From NCBI RefSeq assembly GCF_009914755.1, contig NC_060946.1: a stretch of DNA of 64,000 bases, one strand, 5' to 3'. How positions within the stretch are numbered: the first letter of the stretch is position 1; each line of letters starts with the position of its first letter. A program made the position numbers and the translations under genes. Of the stretch, positions 43,330-56,800 are shown piece by piece. The notes below the pieces were generated by a model that saw only the letters and a program-made list of their open reading frames with translations, had not been told where the DNA came from and made no database searches. This DNA is from the human T2T-CHM13v2.0 reference genome, Homo sapiens.

Positions 43330-44870
43330 GAATAATTTTTGTCAATGTCTACTACAAATCCAATATAGCAGTAATTATAAAACCCAGCAGATATTGTAGA
43401 AAAAATATGTAGAGTACATCAATTACAAATGTTGATACTAAAATGCCAAATAAAATAAAAATAATATCCAACAATATTTGAAACAGTAAGACAAGAAATT
43501 GGCAACAAAAAAAAAAAACAAATATCCACCTTGGGGATGAAAGTGTGTTTCCAAATTTGGTAATCCAATAATATTAATAATCATATTGATTAGCCCAAAT
43601 TAAAAATAGGGGATTCTCAGTACATGCTAAAATATATTTGTTAAAAGACAATATCCATGTCTTTAAAGATTTTAAATGCTATAAAGAATCTGATATTCTA
43701 TATGCAAAGATGTGTATGTCCATTAGAAGAAGAGGCCTGATTTTCATATGTTACTACATAGAGATAGAGAAGTGGATAGATTAATTTGCATATGCATAGA
43801 GAAAGCATAAAATAGAAATTTACTATCATATTAAAGGAATTTTAATTCAACAATAAAATAATTCAAAGGTAAAATTTTAAATATTTTTAGCAGGTACATT
43901 ATTAATATTAGCTAATATTTATAATAATTGTGAAAATATTCAATGCTAAAATAAGATACAATGTCTAAACATCAGTATTAAAACTAGTATAAATATTTGC
44001 TTGTTTATACAAGGAAAATTCAAGCTTGACCTGAAATTATATAGGAAATAAAAGAAAAAATTTAAGGGAGCTCTTTAATAACATGAACATATATATATAC
44101 ACACACACATATAACATGTATATATGTTATATGGGATAGATATAGATTTAACATGTTATATCTATATTTGTATCTATAACTATAGCTGTATGTATCTACA
44201 TTTCTATATATTTACTCAGTGATATAAATATAGACTGGAATAAATATAAAGACACATATGATTCTTGGATAAAAAGGATTTAGTATCATAAAGACAAATT
44301 CTTTCCAAATTCATTTATGAATTCACAACAATATACAGTTTCATTAGTATAATTTAAATTTTTTAAATAAATTCCAAGATTCATTTAAAGGAATATACAT
44401 GTATACAAGCAATCAAGAAAGAAGCAAGAGTGCACTAAACTGACTTGCTATTAAAATACATTTTTAAACTTAGTAACTAACACTGAGCAGTACTGATTTG
44501 GAGTACTGGAATTTATGTATATGGGATCTCAAAAGCACAGAGCTCAAAGGAGACCCCTTTATGCACGAGAGCTTAGGATGTGCTTTATTTAGAAGGCATT
44601 ACCAAACCACGGGCAAAGTTACTTTAGTGTCTTAGTCTTACTAGGTTTGAAAAGCCAGAGAAAAGACTCAAGACCGCCATATGAGAGCAAAACAAAAGGA
44701 CAGGGAGAGAATGTGAAGATACTGAAACATTTTACACAAAGTTGTATAAAACATCCTTTAAAGAAAATATAAAATTTAGGATATACATCAAAATCAGCAG
44801 AGCCACTAAATAAATAAATAGGCATTCTAAAATAGCAAGAGAAAATTTAAATGGATTTCTAAAAAATATT
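43330..44870 (+). mobile_element. Highly degraded L1ME-type ORF2 fragments, including a (TA)n/(CA)n low-complexity patch at about 44085-44250
   Basis: gacacatatgattcttggataaaaaggatttagtatcataaagacaaattctttccaaatt resembles the ORF2 region PCSWIGRLNIIKMSILPK. Confidence 0.5.
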
Positions 44871-45149
44871 GACACCTATGATTTTTAAAATATGTTTAAG
44901 AAATCCCGTATTTCACAGGGCAGCCTTTCACAACACAGATATGTTAGGACATAAAGGTCCTTCTGTTTTTAATTTACTAGTGTTTATAGGGTTACAAATG
45001 TCTTCTACCCTTGTCTTTTGTCTGATGGTGCAAAAAATTTTCATAAGCATGTATTTCTGAATGCCTGATGGATTGACATATATAATATGCTGCTAGTATT
45101 AAAATATGTGATGGAAAACGCATCCAATCTTCTCACTGTTTACATAAAT

Positions 45150-46177
45150 TCTATGTTTCTCCTATTTACCTCAACCGTTGGATACAACCTACCTGACTCA
45201 CCCCACAGACCTCACAGCACACATGGACAGCCCCCACACGCCAGAGTGACCTGCTCGGTTGCAGCAGGAGTCAAGAAATGTGCCTGCTGGCACTCACCCC
45301 ACTGACTAGTGCCCCGTGGAAAACTTATGTGGGTAATGTTCTGGGCCCAATAAACGCTGGAGTCTCACAGACCCCTTTTCTCTCTCCTGCTCTCCACTCA
45401 TCTTCCCCATTTTGTTCAGCCCTATGAGGTGTGCTACTGTATTAGTCCATTTTCACACCGCCGGTAAAGACATTCCCAAGACTGGGTAATTTCCAGAAGA
45501 AAGAGGTTTAATAGACGCACAGTTCCACATGGCTGGGTAGGCCTCACAATCATGGCACAAGGTGAGAGGCACGTCTCACATGGCAGCAGACAAGACAAGA
45601 GAGCTTGTGCAGGGAAACTCCCCTTCATAAAACCATCAGATCTTGTAAGACTTATTCACTATCAGAAGAACAGCATGGGAAAGACCTGCCCCCATAATTC
45701 AATTACCTCCCAGCTGTTCCCTCCCACAACATGTGGGAATTCAAGATGAGATTTGGCTGGGGACACAGCTAAACCGTCTTCTCAGCTACCCTCTTCTCTC
45801 TGGATCTGTGAGTAATAAACCTACTTCTGTGATTTCCCATGTTTGGTTCTGTGGCCTCCATGGGTCTGAGCTGACCTACACTGGAACCTAACTCTCCTCC
45901 TGGCCAGGGTCTCTGAGAGTGGCTCTTGTCAGAAATACGCAGGACACAGGTCAGGCAACAGTCACCAGGCATCTCCTAGTCTCAACAGATGTTCTGTGAG
46001 AGGGAGGCCTGGTCGTGGGATGCACACCTGGCCACTGCTGGGGTAAGGAAGTGTCCTGTGAAAGGCACATGTTAAGCATCCACAACCCCCTGACCAGAAC
46101 CCTAGAAAGGCAGGGCTCCAATTGACAGTCACTCTCCAGAGACAAACCTCAAGCCCTAACTGGAGGAAAAGAAAACA
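45150..46177 (+). mobile_element. MER54/MER74-family ERVL LTR, split by a THE1 insertion
   Basis: cctaactctcc...gagagtggct...ggacacaggtcag...ctgtgaaaggcaca...gaggaaaagaaaaca 3' pattern. Confidence 0.65.
45438..45784 (-). mobile_element. THE1 (THE1B-like) MaLR solo LTR with 5-bp TSD GCTAC
   Basis: tgtattagtccattttcac...gagatttggctggggacacagc. GCTAC at 45433-45437 and 45785-45789. Confidence 0.92.
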
Positions 46178-47353
46178 CTGTAAAAAGTTGAATTTATCTT
46201 ACTATTTCAATGATCCAGTAAAGACATTCTATGCCTGTACACCACATATTTTCTTTGATTGTGGATTTATTTTAGATAGAATTTTATGTCTGGCTTTCAC
46301 TTTAGCCTGGGCCCTACCTCAAGCATAAGGTAAAGATTTTCCATGGGCTCTTTTCTGGTACTACTATCTGCCAGTGTTGGGTCATGTCCTAGTCTATCTT
46401 GAGGGAATCCCCCTGTTCATTATTGTCAGAGTGAGACTGTTAAGTCTTGATTTCCCTGGACAACTTCACTGCATGACTTTTAATATGATTTTTTAATATA
46501 CCCTCTACTGGACAATAAATTATATAGTTATCTGAGTAAGAGATATGGTCAGGAAGAGGCATTGCCTCATTCAGCTTTTCTCTTTGGTGAACTCGCATAT
46601 TTTCTCCTCACCCGCCAGTCACCTCTAAACCGTATTGTTCCAAGACAACAAACAGAACCCGAGTGTGTATCTTTCACCAATGGATTTGTGTTTGCTCCAT
46701 AAAGCTTCATGCTTAATAGGGTTTCTGTTAGCATTTTCTCTATTTATTTTCCCATAAAATATCACAGGCCTTCTTCATATGGAATTATGGGTGATTTCCT
46801 TCAATCTGCATCATATCAAGTTGAGGTTCATGTTGATGGAAAGTATAACATACTTTGAAAATATCAGTAATGATGTTTTCCCTTCCTTTTTAGCACCTGT
46901 GCTTGTGATACAAGCACATTTTAATACAATTGTAGTCTCATGCTTTGATCATTCCTATGATGAAAATAACATTTTTAGATAAAATATCTGAGTTTTATGA
47001 GGCCTTTAGTATGTGATGTGATAGAATATCAGAAGACCATACATTTTTCTAGTTTTCCATGCAATTCTATCATTGTTTCATCTTTACTCCTACCAGAGTA
47101 ATTTTCCAAAATAGATATCTTGTCATTCTTCCTGTTGTTATCAGTAAATAAGTGAAATGAAAAGCTAGATTATATAATTTATCTAGAACAAGAAAGTAGA
47201 ATTGAATCTATATTCATTAATGAGACTAACCAGTCAATTACACAGATAGGCATTTTATATTTTGAAGATCATATGGACCCATTGTCAGAAATATTATTTA
47301 TGTCTATATGGACATCACCTGTGCATATTTACATAGAAATCAATGAGAGCTGA

Positions 47354-47665
<312 letters not shown>

Positions 47666-48649
47666 GGAAGCTGATTTTTAAAATACTGAGATCATATAGA
47701 TGACAGCACCTGAAAAATAGACAACACCAAGCTTTATGTGAAAAGGTGTGAGGGTATCAATATTGTTGTGGCTATTGGGGAGGAAAACATTAGTAAAACC
47801 AGTAAGTTAAAGCTCTTGCTTTAAACTTTGGCTTTAATTTAACAAATGTTCTGTGGAGTGACAGTATGTATGTAACCATGCTATGCCCATTCACAGATGC
47901 AGTAGAGGTAAGAATTTCTCAAAGACAACTGTTCTAAGGCTCTAATTAAACCGTACTGGGTTTGAAAAGAGAAAGTCCAGGAATTACCAAATATTTTATA
48001 TATCAGATAAAAGAGAATGCCAGGTATGCGACAATAATCAGCAATGGTTGTTCACACAATACATCAAATCAGTATTTGAATTAGCTTTTGAATTACAAGG
48101 ACAAATGGATCAAGTCTAGACTCTTTAGTAAATAAATCTTCTTAGGCTGAGATGTGCTTTCCCCCGTTTTTCCACAAGGATATTACAAATTTGCAAACCT
48201 CAGCTGCTCTCATTTTATGCTCTCACCAAGCCAAAAGCTGAAGTTCATCAATCAGTGTGTCTAAGTGTTCACTGGTTATATACCATTTTGTAGTTTCAGC
48301 TATCTTTCCAACTTCCTAAATCATCACCTTCATTTGATCTTGTTTTTTTCCACTATCACTTCTTTATTGACCATATAAAGAATATAAGTAAGTTCTTATT
48401 TTGTTATTGTTCATTTTAGTCTAATTTCATCAAAATGTAACAATCTTTTAATTTCATTTTAATTTCAAAGATTAAATGAAACCTACATAGAAATGAGTGT
48501 AAGATTTGCATTTGCATTACTTTGGCATCAATTTGCTATCCTCCCTCATGCAGATAGAGACCATTTCCATGTACGTGATTTCAAACATCCAAGTGCAGTA
48601 TTAAAAGCAGTTGTAAATTATGGTTCTCATTTTCATGTTACAATTACAA

Positions 48650-49467
48650 TATAAACTTCCTCTTGCTGCTGTAACCAATTACCACAAACTTCATATCTTA
48701 CAATAAAGTGACCGTTAATCCTACAGTTCTGTAGTTCAGAAGCCTTAAATGAAACTCACAGGGCTAACATCAAGTTTTGGGCAGGGCTGCAGTCTTTCTG
48801 AGGGCTATGTGGCAGAATCTATTACTTGATTTTTTTCAGCATCCAGAGGCCACCTTTATTCCTTGGAACATGACCTCGTTCTTATATCCTATTTTTCTTT
48901 TTTTTTTTTTTTTGAGATGGATTCTCCTTCTGTCACCCAGTGTGGAGTGCAGTGGCATGATCTCCGCTCACTGCAACCTCTGCCTCCCGGGTTCAAGTGA
49001 TTCTTCTGCCTCAGCTTCCTGAGTAGCTTGGACTACAGGCACTTGCCACCATGCCCAGTTAATTTTTTGTGTTTTTAGTAGGGATGGGGTTTCACCATGT
49101 TAGCCAGGATGGTCTCGATCTCCTGACCTCGTGATAAACACACCCCAGCCTCCCAAAGTGCTGGGATTAGGCGTGAGCCACTGCGCTGGGTCCTCATTCT
49201 TGTATCTTAAAAGTCAGTGATGTTGAGTAATTTCTCATGCCACCACCTCCAAGGTTGCCTTTTTTCTGCCTTCTTCTTTTACTTATAAGGAAGTTTGTGA
49301 TTTCATTGATCCCACCCATTTAAGACAATCTCTCTGTCATTTTTCTGCAACCTTAATTTCACTTGAAATCTAATTTCACACCGCCGTGCAACCTAACATA
49401 TTTGTATGTTAGACTCTGGGAATTAGGACGTGAAAATTTTTGGGAGGCCATTCTTTTGCCTACAGCA
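48650..49467 (-). mobile_element. MLT1D-like MaLR LTR interrupted by an Alu
   Basis: gctgctgtaaccaattaccacaaactt...gggctaacatcaag...gggaattaggacgtg...ggccattcttttgcctacagca. Confidence 0.75.
48891..49191 (-). mobile_element. AluSc-like, antisense
   Basis: ttagccaggatggtctcgatctcctgacctcgtgat. Degenerate TSD CCTCGTTCTTATATC / CCTCATTCTTGTATC. Confidence 0.9.
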
Positions 49468-49552
49468 GACATAATCTATTTACCTGCAGATTAAAGCATC
49501 CTTTATTTTTCTGTCTCCCTCTCTTAATTTTTTTAAAATAATATGAAATGTA

Positions 49553-50175
49553 GTAAAGAGAAAGAAAGAAAAGAAAACAAAGAAAAAGACGGAAGGAAAG
49601 AAGGAAGGAAGGAAATAAAGAAAGAAAGAAAGAAGAAAGAAAAGAAGGAGGAAATGAGGGAAGGGAGGGAGGGAGGAAGGGAGAAAGGCAGCAAGGGAGA
49701 ACAAAGAAAGCATGAACACAAGAAAGAAAGAAGGAAAGAAAGAAAGAGAAAGAAAGAGAAACAGAGAAAGAAAGAAAGAAAAGGAGGAAGGGAGGAAGTA
49801 AAGGAGGAAGAGAGAATGGTAAAAGGGAGGAAGGCAAAGAAACAAAGAAAATAAAGAGGTGAAGGAAGGAAAAAGCGGAAAGGAAGGGAGGGAGGAAGGA
49901 AGAAAAGAAGGGTGGGAGGAAGGGAGAAAAAAGGAAAGAAAACAAGAACGTGAGAAAGAAAATATGAGAAAAGGAAGAAAAGGGAGGGAGAAAGGAAGGG
50001 AGGGAGGAGGGAAGGAAGAATAAGAGGAAAGAAAGAAAGAAGGAAGGAAGAAAAAAGAAAGAAAATAAAGAAAGGAAAAGAAAGAAAAGAAAAGGAAGAG
50101 GAAAAGAAGAAAGGAAGGAAGAAGGCAAGGGAAGGGAAGAGAAGAGAAAGGAAGATGGAAAGAAGGAAGGAAGAA
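49553..50175 (+). repeat. ~620 bp GA-rich polypurine low-complexity tract
   Basis: Mixed GAAA/GGAA/GGAG units, almost no pyrimidines on the + strand. Confidence 0.93.
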
Positions 50176-50249
50176 CGCAAATATTAGAAATTCTGGGTTT
50201 GTTAGAGAATATGCCATACTGTTTTTTTTTTTCACTTGAAAGGAAAGAG

Positions 50250-50660
50250 TATCTGCCATTGAAGATTGGATGTCTTGTTGATGATATTGTTCTTATCTTC
50301 CACATGATTACTGAGTTTGTGCCTAGTCTTTCCATTACTAAGACAAAAGTGTTGAAGTCTGCAAATATAATTTTGGATTTTTCTAGTTCACCTTTGATTT
50401 CTTTCCTGTTTTACCTCATGTATTTGGAGGTTCTGTTGTTAGCTGCATACCCTAATTAGTAGGATGTTTACATCTTCTTGAGAATTGATTTTTCTACTAT
50501 CTATTATCTCTCATCTCTGATACGATTTATTGTTCCGAACTCTGTTGTGTCTAATATCAATGTAGTCCTTCCACAGCCTTATTTTAGTGTTTCCATGATA
50601 TGGCTTTCTCCATATCTTGATGATAACCTATTTGTATCTCTATATATTTGGAGCAAGATA
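50250..50660 (-). mobile_element. L1M ORF2 endonuclease-region fragment, antisense
   Basis: gtgttgaagtctgcaaatataattttggattt...tatttggaggttctgttgttagctgcatac is the antisense TIIVGDFNT / YAPNNRAS region. Confidence 0.7.
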
Positions 50661-51094
50661 TAAAATTTAGAGTTGATTTTTTAAAGATTTTTCAAGATGG
50701 AATTCTTATTTATTTTTGTTCTATTTGACATTCTCTGAGTTTCCTATATCTGAAGTTTGATTTTCTGTCACTTCTTTTAGAATATTTTTGGCAGTTATTT
50801 TGAAATATATTTCTTTTGCTCCATTATTTTTTTCCTCTTTTCTTTTTGGGATTTCAATTATAACTAAGGTAGGTAATTTCATCTCAGTCTTATGCAGGTA
50901 CTTTTTCTCAGGGTCTCAGGAATGTAGCCTTCTCACACTTCTGTTCCTTTCCTGGCTGTGTTGGTGAGCTCAGTGATATTCCTCCTTCACCTTCAAGAGC
51001 AGTTTTGTTTTGTTTTTCCTGTTTTCATACTCCCAGCATCAGGAGTATTCTAAGTGTGGCAGTTTTTGTTGCCTTCCCCTACATATTAAGTGGA

Positions 51095-51376
51095 ATATCT
51101 TGGTCTATTCGGACTCTTATAACAAAATAACATAAACCGGGTGACTAAAAAACAACAGATATTTCTTTTTTCACACTTCTTGAGGCTGTAAGATCTCAGG
51201 TCAAGATGCTCACAAATTCAGTGTTGATGAGAGCCCATTTCATGGTTCATAGATAGTGCCTTCTTTCTATATCCTCACATAGTGGAAGGCACACAGGAAC
51301 TCCATTGAGCTTCTTTTATAAGGGCACTAATCCCATTCACAAGGGCTCGGCCCCCAAGACCTGGTCACCTCCCAAG
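51095..51376 (-). mobile_element. MLT1A-like MaLR LTR, truncated
   Basis: ataacaaaataacataaaccgggtgac...tcttttataagggcactaatcccattc. Confidence 0.75.
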
Positions 51377-51743
51377 TGTTCTGCTCTCCCTGATCTGTAT
51401 CATATACAGACTCTCTTGAGTTCCTTACCAATTGCTTGAGAGATCACAGTGGGTTTGTGGGGAAAAAGTTTTCAAGATGATGGATCTTTCCCAACTTCTG
51501 CAGCTGTCAGCGGTCTCCCAATCTCACCAGCCCCACTTTGTCTTTAGGAATTTATTGATTATTCCAGCTTTACTTGTCATAGTGGTGTCTATTTGCATCT
51601 GTCCTATGTAAGTGCATCTGTCCTTTTTCTCCTTGCAGGTGCAAGTACTCAGGAGTACACTGTTTTTACTAATTACTCAGTATTGGTTGGTACATTGTCA
51701 AAGATCAAAAAACATTTTAAAGATAAAAAAAAATCTTGGAAGT

Positions 51744-52367
51744 TGTGTAATGAAGGGTTAATTCTGCAGACATGGCTTTCCAAAACCTTCCGCGTTCCAA
51801 AGGTCTTCAGGACTGGCCCTTGACAAGCTCCTGGGAGATGATAACCTATGAGCCCTTGGTATATGCTGCCTGATGAGAGTCTTTGTATACCTGCAAACGT
51901 AGATCATATCACATAGCTTATGCTAACAACGTGATTTCTTCTGAGCACCTGTTTCTGTATGCCTATGACTTTGTGTAATGCCATATTAATATGACCTCTC
52001 TTAGGGCATAGGGAGGTTGGGAACTAAATACCTAAGTTCAGTCACAGGACGCTCGATGCATATGTGGTGGAATCCTAATAAAAACCCTGGACTCAAGACT
52101 GACTGAACTTCCCTAGTTGGCAACAAGTTCACACATGTTGTCTCACACCATTGTAAAGAAAATTAGTCAGTGTGAAGTCCCCACTATGAAAGGACACCTG
52201 TAAGCTCACATCTGGTTTGTCTTGGACTCAATTTTATGTGCTTTTATGCTTCTGATTATTTTAATCTGGTTTCTTTCACTGTTAGAAACTATAACCACAA
52301 AAGAAAATCAGCTTTCTTGAGTTATGTGAATCATTAAACCAAAGGGGGACTTGGGGACCCCCAATAA
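51744..52367 (+). mobile_element. MER77/MER68-like ERVL LTR
   Basis: tgaagggttaattc...gctcctgggagatgataacc...aataaaaaccctggactc...gaacttccctagttggcaac...ttggggaccccc. Confidence 0.7.
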
Positions 52368-53614
52368 AAAGTATATATATTCTTAAAAAGAAAAAGAAAA
52401 CTGGCCACAGCAGATATTGCTGATGACTTGTCTTCTATGTCCTGGACTCAACGTGTTCACCTGAAATTCACCTGTTTCCAGCTAACTGAGAGCTCCCCAC
52501 ATCATGCCTGTCTTTCTGATTTTTGGGCCTGCCTGCAAGCTTCTTGAGGCTAACCAGTGCTTCTCAACCACACATAGGAACAAAGAAGGAGTTAGGGGTG
52601 GAGAGTTAATGATTCTAAGGCAATCCTTAAACAATAAGAGATGGGAATTCCAGCATCCCCATCTCTTTGTAAAGTTATTTTGAGACAATCTCCATACCTC
52701 CATCATTACTGAGCACATAGCAGTAACTACTCATTCACACTGGCTTCGTGTTCTGTTTCATTTTCTCCACTTCTGTGCTTTCTCACTCAATTTCTGATTA
52801 AAGTACCTGACCCCAGATATTTGTTTCATAGTCTATTTTTGAGGGAATCCAGAGCCAAGACAATAACAATGGAAGCTTTGAAATGAGGGAGGGTGAGTAT
52901 AATCATCAGAAGGTTACCTACCTCACTGGGAACATGAAGGCCTGGAGAGCTTGCTGTTTCAGTGAGAGAAACATGATGAATCTCAGTTGAATACCTATAT
53001 ATATATATGTGCAATAAGACGTGCCCTTTACTTATATCAAAGGAAAGTGCTCTTTACCTCTCTTTGTTGTTGTGTTTTTATCACTATTGCCTACACAAGC
53101 AGAATATCATACCCAGGATTTAAAGCCCTCTCTGCAGGATTTTCAAGCTCATGTTTTTATCATAAGTCACTCTGCTTCCATGTGTTTTAAATCTAATCCT
53201 CATTCCTCTGCTTTTACACCAGAGAATTCATCACTGACTTATTTTTGACTGACCTTTTTATAGAGCTGTCAAGTACACAATTTCTGCTGTGACCTTTCTC
53301 TTAGAGTTCAGTCATATAGCCTCTCACTAGATATCATTTCCTCTTATCTTTCCTAATAATGAATTGTCAGTTAAAACTCAATATTTTTAAGATTGAGCTT
53401 ACCATCTGCACACACACACACCATTATTGGTGTATTCTCATAGCCTTGAAACACTAATGTCACGTTGATGTCTGCCTTTTCTCTCTCTGCTACTTCATTC
53501 CTCATCCTTAGATTATTCTAAAAGATTCAACTAGATCATGTTGGCTAATTATATTTTTAAGATCCTCTCTACCCTTACCAACTCTTCGTTTAACAAAATT
53601 TAAAAATTTCTGGC

Positions 53615-53830
53615 AGGAGACTGTTGAAATCCCCATGGATGACTGTGGTTTTACTATTTTACCTTTCAGTTTTAATAGGTTTTATATTATGTATTTTGAA
53701 GTACTGCTATTGTGTGCATACATATTTCTTATTTACATGACTTCTTGGTGTATTTTCCCCTTTGTCATTTTGAAATGTTATTCTTCATCCCCAGTGATAT
53801 TTCCTCTTCTGACGTCTACTTTGCTCTTCA
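53615..53830 (-). mobile_element. L1M ORF2 endonuclease-region fragment next to the satellite junction
   Basis: ctgttgaaatcccc...tatgtattttgaagtactgctattgtgtgcatac, the same antisense EN motif class as at about 50350. Confidence 0.65.
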
Positions 53831-53898
53831 CAATTTTAGGGGGTTTTGGTTTGTTTGTTTTTCTATTTTTTGGATCAAGTAAGTTTCTTAGAAATCTG

Positions 53899-56800
53899 TT
53901 TGATTCCATTTGATGATTCCATTTGATTCCATTCGAGGATTCCACTCGATTCCATTAGATGATGATTCCATTCGTGTCCATTCAATGATTCCATTCGAGT
54001 CCATTTGATGATTCCATTCAATTCCATTCGATGATGATTCCATTCGAGTCCATTCGATGATTCCATCCGATTCCATTCAATAATGACACAATGCGAGTCC
54101 CTTCGTTGATTCCATTCGATTCCATTCTATGATGACTGCATTCGTTTCCATTCGATGATGATTCTAACGGATTCCATTCGGTTGCACCATTCGATTCCAT
54201 TAGATGATGGTTCCACTAGATTCCATTCGATGATGATTTCATTAGATTCCTTTCGATGATGATCCAATTCGATTATATTCAATGATGATTCTATTCAATT
54301 GCATTCAATAATTTCATTCAATTCCATTCGAAGATTCCATTCGATTCCATTCGATGGTGATTCCATTCGTGTCCAATTGATGATTCCATTCGATTCCATT
54401 TGATGATGATTCTATTTGAGTCCATTCGATGATTCCATTCGATTCCATGCAATGATGATTCCATCGAGTCCATTCGATGATTCCATTTGATTCCATTAGA
54501 TGATGACTGCATTCCGTTCTATTCGATGATGATTCTAACGGACTCTATTCGATGACTCCATTCGATTCCATTCATTGATGATTCCATTCAATTCCGTTTG
54601 ATGATGATTCCATTCAATTCCATTTGATGATGATTCCATTCGATTAGATTCAATGATGATTCCATTGGATTCCATTCAATGATTGCATTTGATTATATTC
54701 GATGATGATTCCTTTTGGGTCCATTCGATGATTCCATTCTATTCCATTTGATGATGACTCCATTTGATTATTCCTTTCAACTCCATTTGATGTTTTGTTT
54801 TGATTCCAATGTTCATTCCATTTGAGTCCATTCTATGATTCCATTCAAGTGCATTCCATGATTTCATTCAATTCCATTCGATGATGATTCCATTCGATTC
54901 CATTCGATGATTCCATTTGATTTCATTCGATGATGATTACACTAGATTCCATTCAATGATTCCATTCGAGTCCATTCAATGATTCCATTCGAGTCCATTA
55001 AATGATTCCGTTTGATTCCATTTGATGATGACTCCATTCGAGTCAATTGAATGATGATTCCATTTGATTCCACTCGATGATTCCATTGGATTCCATTCTT
55101 TGTTTTATTTTGATTCCTTTTGATGATGATTCCATTCATTTTCATTTGATGATCCCATTCGATTCTATTCGTTGATGTTTCCATTCAAATCCATTTGAAG
55201 AAAGTTCCATTCGATTCCATTGATGATGATTCCATTCAATTCTATTTGATGCTGATTCTATTCGATTCCATTCGATGATGATTCCATTCCATTCCATTCG
55301 ATGATTAAATTCGATTCCATTCGAAGATGATTCCATTCGAGACCATTCGATGATTCCATTCAATTCCATTCAATAATGATTCCATTCGAGTCCATTCGAT
55401 GATTCCATCCAAGTCCATTCGATGATTCCATCTGATTCCATTCAATGAATCCATTCGATTCCATTCTATGGTGATTCCATTCGTTTCCATTCAATGATGC
55501 CATTCGATTCCATTTGAAGATGATTCCAATCAATTCCATTCGATGATTCCATTCGAATCCATTCGATGATGAGTCCATCCATTTCAATTTCATGATAATT
55601 CCATTCGTTTCAATTCGATGGTGTTTCCATTCAATTCCATTTGATGTTGATTCCATTACTTTCCATTGGATGATGATTCCATTCGAGTCCATTCGATGAT
55701 GATCACATTCGATTTCATTCCATAAGTCTATTCGATTCCATTTGATGAAGATTCCATCCGATTCCATTTGATGATTCCATTTGATTCCATTCAATGATGA
55801 TTCCATTCATTTCCATCCGATGATGACTCCATTCGATTCCATTTGATGATTATTCCATTTGAGTCCATTCGATGATTCCATTCGATTCCATTCAATGATG
55901 ATCGCATTCGAGTCCATGGATTATTCCATTCCATTCGATTCGATGATTCCATTCTAGTCCATTCGATGATTCTCTTCGATTCCATTCGATAATTCCGTTT
56001 GATTCCGTTGGATGTTGATTCCATTTGAGTCCATTCCATGATAATTCCATTCGATTCTATTTGGTGATTCCATTCGATTCCATTTGAAGATGATTCCATT
56101 TGAAACCATTCGATGATTCCATTCAATTCATTCGATGACGATTCCATTCAATTCCATTCGATGATTCCATTTGATTCCATTTGATGATGATTCCATTTGA
56201 TTCCATTCAATGATGATTCCATGTGATTCCATTCGATGATGACTCTTTTCGTTTCCATTCAATGATGATTCCATTCGGTTGCATTCGATGATGATTCCTT
56301 TGGATTCCATTTAACGACGTTTCCATTCAATTCCAATTGATGATGATTCTTTTCGATTCCATTCGATGATGATTCCATTCAATTCCATTTGAACATGATA
56401 CCATTTGATTCCACTTGATGATTCCATTCGATTCCATTCAATGATGATTCCATTCGAGTTCATTGATTATTTCATTCCATTCCATTTGATGATTCCATTC
56501 GAGTCCATTCGATGATTCTATTCGATTCCATTCGATAATTCCATTCTATTCCATTTGATGATAATTCCATTCGAGTCCATTCGATGATTATTCCATTCGA
56601 TTCTATTCAGCGATTCCATTCAATTCCATTTGATAATGATTCCATTCGAGACCATTCAATGATTCCATTCAATTCATTCCATGATGATTCCATTCAATTC
56701 CATTCGATGATTCCATTCAATTCCATTCGATGATTCCATTCGATTCCATTTGATGATGATTCCATTCGATTCCATTCGATGATGATTCCATGCAATTCCA

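Noticed and set aside
49460-50335. Long hydrophobic or Lys/Glu/Arg-rich ORFs
   Set aside because: Low-complexity GA-rich tract.
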